Source of the DNA: Candidatus Peregrinibacteria bacterium
GTDB taxonomy: Bacteria; Patescibacteriota; Gracilibacteria; UBA1369
Length of the DNA: 64,000 nucleotides
Direction of reading: 5' to 3'
Assembly (NCBI GenBank): GCA_963708185.1
Contig: OY970195.1
Location: forward strand, 768,001 to 832,000
Part shown: positions 28,436 through 37,069 of the stretch, one piece after another
Position numbering within the stretch: the stretch's first letter is position 1
Layout of the letters: every line of letters begins with the position of its first letter
Program-made: the position numbers and the translations under genes
The notes under the pieces: generated by a model
Database searches by the model: none
Told to the model about the DNA's origin: nothing
What the model saw: the letters and a program-made list of their open reading frames with translations, nothing else

Positions 28436-29278
28436 ATGATCAACGAATTTCGTCGCGCCAACATGGAGAACTCTTTCAACTTTGAAAGACACCTTCAGAC
28501 GCGGGAAGATGATATCATCTTCCGAGTATTCGCTGACGGTTTGCATCAGAATCTTTTTAAAACACGAAGGGCACTGCAGTCTCTGTTTGATTTCCTTGAA
28601 CTTATTCCCATGGGGAACAAAAAGATCGACAATGAAAAATTATCCGTGCCCTACAGAAATGAAAAAAGACAGCAGATCAATGATTTGGTTTCTTTCTTTA
28701 TCGGAGTTCAACGAGCTGTTTCGGCCGTTATCAAAGGGAGCTTTCTTTTAAGCGAAGTGGGAGCCGGACCGAGACCCACCGCCGAGGATATTCTCCAAAA
28801 CGCCGATGCAATGAACGAAGAAGCGAAAAAACTTGTGGTTTTTTGCCAATCACACGAAATCTCCCCTTTTGAACCTGATTTTTTACGCAGCGTGCTGACG
28901 ACCCTGGGACTTGAAGGCTTCAAGCAGCTTGTGGAAAACGAGGAATTTGCAGTCCTGCGCCAAAATCCCGATCTTTTCCGGCAGGCCATGATGCATCAGC
29001 AAGGCGATCCCGTCGCTTTTTTGATGAGTAAAGTGCGTTCTGTGAACGAAGGCATCGTTGAACTTGCCGCCGCGGGTGAATTCTGTGATCTTGAGCAGAC
29101 TAACCCGGGAATTTTCGCTTACGCAATCCTCCACTACAAAAATGCCAGAACTTCCCGCGGGAAACATTTCAGCAACGCCAAGGATTATCTTCTTTTTTTA
29201 AAGCAGGAAAAGGAAAAAGCAAAAGCGAAACTGAAGAAAAAAGGAAAACGGAAACGTTTTGAAAAAGAGGTGTATTGA
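28436..29278 (+). CDS. Hypothetical protein with two imperfect helical repeats and a basic tail
   Basis: EFAVLRQNPDLFRQAMMH / EFCDLEQTNPGIFAYAILH. Confidence 0.65.
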   Translation: MINEFRRANMENSFNFERHLQTREDDIIFRVFADGLHQNLFKTRRALQSLFDFLELIPMGNKKIDNEKLSVPYRNEKRQQINDLVSFFIGVQRAVSAVIKGSFLLSEVGAGPRPTAEDILQNADAMNEEAKKLVVFCQSHEISPFEPDFLRSVLTTLGLEGFKQLVENEEFAVLRQNPDLFRQAMMHQQGDPVAFLMSKVRSVNEGIVELAAAGEFCDLEQTNPGIFAYAILHYKNARTSRGKHFSNAKDYLLFLKQEKEKAKAKLKKKGKRKRFEKEVY

Positions 29279-29281
29279 TTA

Positions 29282-29290
29282 TGGTACACT
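29282..29290 (+). promoter_or_regulatory. Extended -10 (TGGTACACT) 6 nt before the tsaD ATG; probable leaderless promoter
   Basis: TGGTACACT-GCGGCC-ATG. Confidence 0.6.
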
Positions 29291-29296
29291 GCGGCC

Positions 29297-30502
29297 ATGA
29301 AAATCCTCGGCATTGAAACATCCTGTGACGAAACATCCGCGGCCGTTGTGGAAGACGGCGTGCGGGTTTTGAGCAACGTGATTTTTTCGCAGATTCCACT
29401 GCATGCGCAAACCGGCGGCGTAGTTCCCGAGGTGGCCGCGCGTGAACACGTGGTGAACATCGTTCCGGTCATCGACGAGGCGGTCCGGGTTGCGGCAAAA
29501 AATTTACGGGTAAAAAAAAGCTGGCGAGGACGTGCGGGCGGACCTGAAAGAAATTTCACGCTTGAGGATATCGACGCCATTGCGGTGACCCAGGGGCCGG
29601 GGCTGTTGAGTTCGCTCGTCATCGGGACGACCGCGGCTTCGACGCTGGCCGCCGTGCTGGGAAAACCCCTCATCGGTGTGAACCACATTGCCGGGCATAT
29701 CTACGCCAACTGGCTGAATCCGGTGGGTGTGCTGGGAGATAAAAAAGGGCCAGGCGGCGGATTGATGAACGATCAAAAAGTTTGGCGCGACTTCAACCAT
29801 GTGGCATTTCCGTGCGTTGTTTTGACGGCGTCCGGCGGCCACAATGAACTGGTACTTATGAAAGGCCACGACCGTTTTGAGTTGATCGGCGAAACGCTGG
29901 ACGACGCCGCGGGCGAGGCTTTCGATAAAGTGGCCAGACTTTTAGGCATGGGATACCCCGGAGGTCCCCAGATCGCCCGTGCGGCGCATGCCGGAAACGC
30001 TTTACGCTACGCTTTTCCCAAAGCCTACATGGGAGAAAACAACTTTGACTTCAGTTTTTCCGGACTTAAAACTTCTATGCTTAATTTTATCCGTGAAGAA
30101 CACCGCGTGAACGGCGTGTTAAGCGAAGAGTTCATCGCCGACTGTGCCGCGTCCTTCCAGGAAGCGGTGTGCGGGGTTTTATCGGACAAACTCCTCCGGG
30201 CCTCCCAAAAATACAAAGCAAAAACTGTCATCATTTCCGGTGGAGTTTCCGCGAACCAGCGGCTTCGTTCGATGATCGAGGAAAAAATAAAGAAAGGTTA
30301 TTTTCATGATCCCAAAGGACGAAAAGTCGCTTTGAAGCACAAACCCGCGTTCGACTTTCCGGCTGACAACTCTTTCTGTACCGACAATGCCGCCATGATC
30401 GCGGGAGCGGCTTTTTTTCATATTCAAAGACTTGGCTTACAAAAATCTTCGGCTCCTCTTGTGCTCGGGGATCCTTCACTGCCACTTTATTCACGCCGCT
30501 GA
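29297..30502 (+). CDS. tsaD: tRNA N6-threonylcarbamoyltransferase TsaD
   Basis: ILGIETSCDET, GGVVPEVAAREH, GPGL, NHIAGH, SGGH, DDAAGEAFDK, FSFSGLK, GGVSAN, CTDNAAMI. Confidence 0.96.
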   Translation: MKILGIETSCDETSAAVVEDGVRVLSNVIFSQIPLHAQTGGVVPEVAAREHVVNIVPVIDEAVRVAAKNLRVKKSWRGRAGGPERNFTLEDIDAIAVTQGPGLLSSLVIGTTAASTLAAVLGKPLIGVNHIAGHIYANWLNPVGVLGDKKGPGGGLMNDQKVWRDFNHVAFPCVVLTASGGHNELVLMKGHDRFELIGETLDDAAGEAFDKVARLLGMGYPGGPQIARAAHAGNALRYAFPKAYMGENNFDFSFSGLKTSMLNFIREEHRVNGVLSEEFIADCAASFQEAVCGVLSDKLLRASQKYKAKTVIISGGVSANQRLRSMIEEKIKKGYFHDPKGRKVALKHKPAFDFPADNSFCTDNAAMIAGAAFFHIQRLGLQKSSAPLVLGDPSLPLYSRR

Positions 30503-30596
30503 TTTTATTTTTTAAAGGAACGGAGCCGTTTTAGCCCTTGTATAAAGGGATTTTTATGCTATACTCCTTGGTGTTTCTCATCAATTTTTCATAACT

Positions 30597-31970
30597 ATGA
30601 ACAGCAAGAAACTGAACGTCGTTGACGATGAAGAAGAAGGCTCTTCCACGGGACCATTGGCTCCCCCATACCAGACACCGAAAGGGGTTCACGACATCCT
30701 TCCCAACGATCACAAGTATCACACCTTTATCAAGAAGTCGGTGCGACACCGCTGCCGTCAGGCCGGTTTCAAGCGCATCACGACTCCGATTTTCGAGTTC
30801 ACCGACGTGTTCACCCGCGGTATCGGCGCTTCAAGCGACATCGTGAGTAAGGAGATGTACACGTTCCAGGACCGCAAAGGTCGCAGTTTGACCCTGAAAC
30901 CGGAAGGTACCGCCGGCGTCGTCCGTTCGTACATCCAGAACGGCATGCAGCAGCTGCCCCAGCCGGTTGAACTTTACTATATCGAACCTCATTTCCGTTA
31001 CGACCGCCCTCAAAAAGGACGTTACCGCCAGTTCTGGCAGTTCGGCTTTGAATGTATCGGTGAAAGTGACGCGGCGTTGGACGCCCAGGTGATTCAACTC
31101 GCTTACACCATTCTCAACGATCTCGGCATAGCTCACCTTTTCAATTTACAGCTCAACAGCATCGGCTGCGAAATCTGCCGTCCCAACTACCTGAATGTTC
31201 TCAAGGATTTCTACTTCGGCAAAGAACGTTCGTTGTGCGCCGACTGCAAATACCGTCTTGAGCACAACCCTCTCCGCCTGCTGGATTGCAAAGAGGAAGA
31301 CTGTCAGATTTTGGCCCAGATAGCGCCGAAACTCGGCGACTATCTTTGCACCGAATGCAAGGAGTACGACAAGAACGTCAAAGAGTATCTTGAGGAAATG
31401 GGCATCAAGTTCCACCAGAACAACAGCCTGGTCCGCGGGCTGGATTACTACACCAAAACCGTCTTCGAATTCTGGGACAAGAATGATGGAGCCCAGAACG
31501 CCATCGGCGGCGGCGGCCGCTACGACGGCCTGATTGAACTGATGGGCGGAGCCAAAACACCGGCGTGCGGTTTTGCCGCCGGCATGGAACGCATCGTGGC
31601 CGCCATGAAGCGTGAAAAGATCCGCGTGCCTGAAAAAGACGATCTCCATGTTTTCGTGGCCCAGCTCGGAGACGAAGCCAAAAAGAAATGTCTTCCGTTG
31701 ATCTCAGAGCTTCGCGAAGCTGGCGTGCGCACGATGGGTGCGCTCGGCAAAGGCGCCATTAAAACCCAGATGCGTCTGGCCGACAAATTCAAGGTTCCTT
31801 ATACCCTGATCCTCGGACTGACCGAAGTCCGTGAAGGCACGATCATCATTCGTGACATGTCAGTGGGGACCCAGGTGACCGTACCTTTCGAAAATGCCGT
31901 TGAAGAGGTCATCAAACGCATCGGCAAAAAAAATCTTGATACGTATTCTCCCGGCGAAATAGTTTTTTAA
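30597..31970 (+). CDS. hisS: Histidine--tRNA ligase
   Basis: TPIFE, KEMYTF, L.PEGTA, RYDRPQKGRYRQF, LVRGLDYY, GGGRYD. Confidence 0.97.
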   Translation: MNSKKLNVVDDEEEGSSTGPLAPPYQTPKGVHDILPNDHKYHTFIKKSVRHRCRQAGFKRITTPIFEFTDVFTRGIGASSDIVSKEMYTFQDRKGRSLTLKPEGTAGVVRSYIQNGMQQLPQPVELYYIEPHFRYDRPQKGRYRQFWQFGFECIGESDAALDAQVIQLAYTILNDLGIAHLFNLQLNSIGCEICRPNYLNVLKDFYFGKERSLCADCKYRLEHNPLRLLDCKEEDCQILAQIAPKLGDYLCTECKEYDKNVKEYLEEMGIKFHQNNSLVRGLDYYTKTVFEFWDKNDGAQNAIGGGGRYDGLIELMGGAKTPACGFAAGMERIVAAMKREKIRVPEKDDLHVFVAQLGDEAKKKCLPLISELREAGVRTMGALGKGAIKTQMRLADKFKVPYTLILGLTEVREGTIIIRDMSVGTQVTVPFENAVEEVIKRIGKKNLDTYSPGEIVF

Positions 31971-31979
31971 CGTTCGCTC

Positions 31980-32402
31980 ATGAAGGAACACCCCAAGCAT
32001 GATGGCGGCTCCCACAAGGACACTTCGCATCAGAAGAATGACGACAAGAAAATCTTTCTGCTGATCCTGGTGATCGCTCTCGCCGTCACGCTTCTTTTTG
32101 TTTTCTGGCCGCACCACGTCGCCTCCCAGCAGCTTTCGCAGCGGGCCGAATTCGCAGCCTGTCTCACCGACAAGGGCGTGACGATGTATGGCACGGATAC
32201 CTGTCCGAACTGCCAGCTTCAAAAGGGCATGTTCGAGGAAGATTTCAGCCGTATCCATTACATCAATTGCGACATCCATCAAGACGAATGTACCCAAAAA
32301 AGTATTCAGGGCTACCCGACCTGGATGTATAATGGGCAAAGCCGCCTGGGGGTCCAGACGTTCCAAAATCTCGGAACGTTCAGCGGATGCCAGACGCCCT
32401 GA
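31980..32402 (+). CDS. Membrane-anchored thioredoxin-like protein (CPNC)
   Basis: TM segment, FAACL..MYG..CPNC..QK.F..YINC..C..IQGYPTW..GC. Confidence 0.8.
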   Translation: MKEHPKHDGGSHKDTSHQKNDDKKIFLLILVIALAVTLLFVFWPHHVASQQLSQRAEFAACLTDKGVTMYGTDTCPNCQLQKGMFEEDFSRIHYINCDIHQDECTQKSIQGYPTWMYNGQSRLGVQTFQNLGTFSGCQTP

Positions 32403-32428
32403 TTTTTCTCTTTCACCGCAATCACCGC

Positions 32429-33493
32429 ATGAAAAAAATACAAAAATTCTTTCAAAAGATTTTCGTCACCAACGCCGATAACCAGGTATGGATGGCGAGC
32501 AGCGTTGTTTTGATCCTTCTTTGCGTCCTTTTCGGGGCCTACACATTCCATCCCGGTTTCCACAGTTCCGTTGACGCTTTGTTATGGGGGACGCAACAGG
32601 CGGCACCAACCCAACAGAAACTTTTCCATCTTCCCGTCACAGTCGTCTACGACCCTTCATCGACCGAACAGAAAGCAAAAATGGATGAATTTCTCCAGAA
32701 TCTGACCGATCCGACGCAGGCCCTCATCGACACCGACCTGCAGACCACCTGGCTTGATTCCAAAGACCCGAAGGCCCAACCGTTGATGGCGCTGAGCGGT
32801 CTTCATTATCTGCCGCAGATTTTCATCGACCAGTCGATTGAACAGCATCCTCAGTTCCAGGCACTGCAGTCTTATCTCAACAAGTCCGGCGACACGTACT
32901 TCATCAGGCTTTCTCCGCTTGAGCATCTCCAGATTCCTTCGACCGACGGCGGACACGTGGAGGGCGTCGATCCCTCACAGGCAAAGGTCGTCATCCAGGA
33001 TTATGAAAGCTATTCCTGCGATCACTGCGCCGAAGCCCAGGATACGCTCAAGAAACTCCTCAAGGACTATCCCAAAACTTTACGTGTGGTCTATAAACAT
33101 TTCGAACCCGGCGACACCTACAACCAGATCGCCCAGGGTGCCGAGTGCGCCGCCGACCAGAACAAGTTCTTCGAAATGCAGGACAGGATCTTCAAGGGTC
33201 AGCCCGACATGCTCCAGAAACTCCAGACCATGACCTCGGCGGCTGACAGTTCCAATTATGTCAGCTCCCTGCTCGAAGGCTACGCCAAAGACCTCAAGCT
33301 GAACGCTTCGGTTTTCAAGACCTGTCTCGATGAGGCCTACCACTCCAAGGATATTGAAGATCAGACTCTTGAAGCAGTAGATTACGGCGTCAACGGACCT
33401 CCGACGTTCTTCATCAACGACAAGTTCCAGAGCGGACTGCTCACGTACGATGAATTCAAAACCATTATCGATCAAGACCTTGCCCAATCATAA
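32429..33493 (+). CDS. dsbA: DsbA family thiol-disulfide oxidoreductase, membrane-anchored
   Basis: TM segment; YSCDHC, VYKHF, AECAADQNKF, GVNGPPTFFIN. Confidence 0.85.
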   Translation: MKKIQKFFQKIFVTNADNQVWMASSVVLILLCVLFGAYTFHPGFHSSVDALLWGTQQAAPTQQKLFHLPVTVVYDPSSTEQKAKMDEFLQNLTDPTQALIDTDLQTTWLDSKDPKAQPLMALSGLHYLPQIFIDQSIEQHPQFQALQSYLNKSGDTYFIRLSPLEHLQIPSTDGGHVEGVDPSQAKVVIQDYESYSCDHCAEAQDTLKKLLKDYPKTLRVVYKHFEPGDTYNQIAQGAECAADQNKFFEMQDRIFKGQPDMLQKLQTMTSAADSSNYVSSLLEGYAKDLKLNASVFKTCLDEAYHSKDIEDQTLEAVDYGVNGPPTFFINDKFQSGLLTYDEFKTIIDQDLAQS

Positions 33494-34828
33494 AAAATCC
33501 CCCGCCATCACCACAAGCCTCCGTATTTTTACGGTCGTCCTTGCTGTGCTGGGTTTTACCGCGACCGCCTTTGCGGGCAGTTTTTCCGATGTCCCGGACA
33601 ACTCTGAACATTTTGCAGCCGTTGAATATCTCAAATCCAAAGGAGTCATCAGCGGATATCCTGACGGAACGTTCCAGCCCGACAAGCCCATCAACCGCGC
33701 GGAAAGCCTCAAGATTTTACTGCTCGGCACTTCGACTCCGCTGGATACGTCGCAAAGCATCGCGTTTCCCGACGTGAAATCCACGGACTGGTTTTATCCT
33801 TATGTGAGGAAGGCCTACGAACTGAAGATCGTCGAAGGGTATCCCGACGGAAATTTTAAGCCCGACAATACGATCAATCTTGCTGAAAGCCTCAAAGTCA
33901 TCCTCTTGAGTTTCCAGGCGAAACTTCCGGCAAGCGTCGACGCCGATCCTTATCCGGATGTCCCGAAAGACGTGTGGTACAGCCCCTACGCGCAGTATTC
34001 CAAAGACAAGGTGGTCATCGAACCGCAGGATGACGGCAAACTCCACGCTGAACGGGAGATGACCCGCGCCGAATTCGCCGAGGTGGTGTACCGGCTCATG
34101 TACATCAATGAAAACAAGCTGGATGCTTTTCCTTTAAGCACCAACTGGCCGACGTTCGTCCATCCGACGGACCATTACTCGGTGAAATATCCTTTTTCCT
34201 GGCTTAAGATCCAGGCCGGAAACCACATGATTTTCTGGAAACAGGACGAGGGAAACGGCCAAGTGAGCTTTGCCCGCATTTTTCCGAACAGCGCGACAGT
34301 CTACATGGTTGTTGATCCGAATCCTGACAAGCTCTCGCTTGATGATTACTTGGCCAAAGTCGAATATGACGCTTCGGCAACCGTCCTGAAAAACACGTTG
34401 AACGGATATCCTTACGCCAGTATTTCGATCGCCTCGAACGGTCTCCAGGATTTTTACTTCGCATTGCCAAATAAAACGATTCTTATTGTCTATACTCAGA
34501 TCGGCAACGGCCCGCTCAGACCACAACTTGATGATGATATACGTTTTATGATCGGAACCGTCCGTTATAGCGAAACCAATCCTTCATCGTCGTCTTCCTC
34601 CACCAGCGATTTCCTGAGTGAAGTCCGCAAAAATCTGCTGGTCCAGGGCAAAGGCAAATCCTTTCTCGACCAGATGGGCGACGCCGTGGTGATTGAGACC
34701 GATACGATAGGCATCGGAACGGGCCGGTGGATTACTACTTCAGCGCACTTTATAATGTCACGATAAAATACGAACGTAATTCCGACACTCTGCTCGCGAT
34801 GAAGGACGGGAAAACGACGGCTTTCTAG
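33450..34828 (+). CDS. SLH-domain surface protein with a PsbP-like C-terminal region; 1-nt frameshift at about 34721-34725
   Basis: Signal peptide AFA-G; three SLH motifs; adding one C at GGGCC gives GIGTGPVDYYFSALYNVTIKYERNSDTLLAMKDGKTTAF* (TAG 34826-34828). Confidence 0.82.
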
Positions 34829-34918
34829 CAAAACCGAATTTTTGAACCGTTGTCTTTTGAAAAGCTTTCCCCTATAATTCCTACGATATCTTCTTTTATT
34901 ATTTAATTTCTAACAATT

Positions 34919-35509
34919 ATGAAAGGGAAAACACTTATTGCCGGTGCCGCGGCACTTTCCATCGTCACTCTTTTTGGCTGTCAGCAACAACCGGCTGGCG
35001 TAACACAACAACCGCCTCAAACCCAGACTTCCACGGCGAGCCTGGAAATCAATCAGCCAACCCAGACATCGACAGCAAATCTTGAAATCATGCCTGCAAG
35101 CCAGGAAGGCGCCATGATGAAGCTCGATGACGGCGTTGAAATGGAGAACGGTCAGATGATGGTGAATAAAAACGGTGAAAAAATGACCATGGACCAGGAA
35201 ATGACCATGAACGACGGCACGAAAGTCATGACTGACGGCAGCGTTGTCAAACCTGACGGCACCACGGTGCAGATGAAAGACGGTGATGCCATGTTGATGG
35301 ACGGAACCATGACGACATCGGACAAGATGATGATGCCGGCCATGGAGAACACCATGGGCATGAGCCAGGAAACAAATACCGGTGCCATGCTTCAGGGGAA
35401 CATGATGAATGTGACCAAAAGCATGATGAACACAAATGCAACGACCACGACAACGACCAATACCAATATTGATACGAAAGCGATGGACACCTACGGTAAA
35501 GCAATGTAA
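34919..35509 (+). CDS. Met-rich lipoprotein (DUF6799-like)
   Basis: LFGC lipobox; DGVEMENGQMMV..MTMNDGTKVMTDG.V..DG..MKDGD.MLMDG. Confidence 0.8.
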   Translation: MKGKTLIAGAAALSIVTLFGCQQQPAGVTQQPPQTQTSTASLEINQPTQTSTANLEIMPASQEGAMMKLDDGVEMENGQMMVNKNGEKMTMDQEMTMNDGTKVMTDGSVVKPDGTTVQMKDGDAMLMDGTMTTSDKMMMPAMENTMGMSQETNTGAMLQGNMMNVTKSMMNTNATTTTTTNTNIDTKAMDTYGKAM

Positions 35510-35525
35510 TTTTTGTGGCTGAAGC

Positions 35526-35804
35526 GTGAAAAAATCTTTGATAAAAATCGGTTTTGTTTTAATGATAAGCCTGGTTCTGGGAGGCTGTCAGTCTGGCACT
35601 GTCCAGCTGGCAGCTTCTCCCAGCCAGGAGGCTCAACCAGTCCCAAATGTTCCCTATTCCAACGGCCCAACGACACCTCCGGGTGTTAAAGGACCAAACC
35701 AGGCTTTCCCCGGATCAGCCGGCATCACCCCTCTGAACCAGACCGAGCAGAACCGATCCCAGGCCATGACGGAAACCGAAGCGAAAACGTTTACTTTAAA
35801 CTAG
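35526..35804 (+). CDS. Small Pro-rich lipoprotein
   Basis: GTG start, MKKSLIK..LGGC lipobox. Confidence 0.7.
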   Translation: MKKSLIKIGFVLMISLVLGGCQSGTVQLAASPSQEAQPVPNVPYSNGPTTPPGVKGPNQAFPGSAGITPLNQTEQNRSQAMTETEAKTFTLN

Positions 35805-35829
35805 AAACTTTGTTTGCTCTACAGGATTT

Positions 35830-35855
35830 TCCGGCTTCGAAAGCCGGATTTTTTT
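35830..35855 (+). terminator. Intrinsic terminator
   Basis: TCCGGCTT-CGA-AAGCCGGA followed by T7. Confidence 0.8.
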
Positions 35856-35914
35856 GTAGGGCTTTCATTTCCTCATTGTTTTGCTAGACTTTAAACAAAT
35901 CTTTTTTGGTGCTT

Positions 35915-37063
35915 ATGGACGTCTATCAAAAGTCACTGGAACTTCACGAAAAACATAAAGGAAAACTGGAAATCCATTCCAAAGTACCGCTGGCGAACCG
36001 TGAAGATCTTGGTTTGGCCTATACTCCGGGGGTTGCCGAGCCGTGCCGTCAGATCGCGAAAAATCCGGATGATATCTACCGTTATACTTTGAAATCCAAC
36101 ACCGTTGCCGTGGTGACCGACGGATCGGCGGTTCTGGGTCTTGGAAACATCGGGGCGGGGGCGGGGCTGCCGGTCATGGAAGGAAAATGCCTTTTATTCA
36201 AACAGTTCGGAGGAGTCGATGCTTTCCCGATCTGCATCCAGAGCCAGGATACCGAAGAGATTATCCAGACGATTAAAAACATCGCCGTGGGGTTCGGAGG
36301 CATCAATCTTGAGGACATCTCTTCCCCGCGCTGTTTTGAGATCGAAGAACGTTTGAAGCGAGAGCTGTCGATTCCCGTTTTTCACGACGACCAGCACGGG
36401 ACGGCCATCGTGGTACTGGCGGGCACTATCAACGCCATCAAACTTGCGGGGAAAAAACTGAGTGAAATGAAGATCGTGATGTCCGGAAGCGGCGCGGCTG
36501 GCATAGCGACGGCAAAACTGCTCATCAATTACGGGGCGAAAAATCTTATCTTATGCGACCGGAACGGCGCCATCTACAAAACGCGCGGAGATCTGGACGG
36601 CCATGCGCCGAAATACCAGATCGCCACGATGTCCAACCTGAATGAGGAAAAAGGACCCTTGAGTGAGATCATCAAAGGTGCCGACATGTTCATCGGGGTT
36701 TCAACCGCCGGCATTCTTACGGCTGACATGGTTAAAACCATGGGAGACAAGCCGATCGTTTTCGGCATGGCCAATCCGACTCCCGAGATCATGCCGGACG
36801 AAGCCAAAGCCGCGGGAGCGTTCATCGTCGGGACCGGCCGCTCCGATTTTCCAAACCAGATCAACAACGTCCTTGCTTTTCCCGGAATCTTCCGAGGAGT
36901 CCTCGACATCCGTGCACCGCAGATTACGGAAGACATGAAAGTCGCGGCCGCCGAGGCGCTGGCAGGCCTTGTTAAAGACCCGTCGGTCGATAAAATCGTA
37001 CCGGGCGTTTTCGATCCGGGCGTCGCGGAGGCCGTGGCGGCCGCGGTCAAAAGAGTCGGCTAA
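35915..37063 (+). CDS. NAD(P)-dependent malic enzyme
   Basis: AYTPGVA, VTDGSAVLGLG, PVMEGK, INLEDI, FHDDQHGTA, GSGAAG, MANP.PE, TGRSD.PNQINN. Confidence 0.95.
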   Translation: MDVYQKSLELHEKHKGKLEIHSKVPLANREDLGLAYTPGVAEPCRQIAKNPDDIYRYTLKSNTVAVVTDGSAVLGLGNIGAGAGLPVMEGKCLLFKQFGGVDAFPICIQSQDTEEIIQTIKNIAVGFGGINLEDISSPRCFEIEERLKRELSIPVFHDDQHGTAIVVLAGTINAIKLAGKKLSEMKIVMSGSGAAGIATAKLLINYGAKNLILCDRNGAIYKTRGDLDGHAPKYQIATMSNLNEEKGPLSEIIKGADMFIGVSTAGILTADMVKTMGDKPIVFGMANPTPEIMPDEAKAAGAFIVGTGRSDFPNQINNVLAFPGIFRGVLDIRAPQITEDMKVAAAEALAGLVKDPSVDKIVPGVFDPGVAEAVAAAVKRVG

Positions 37064-37069
37064 TTCCGC

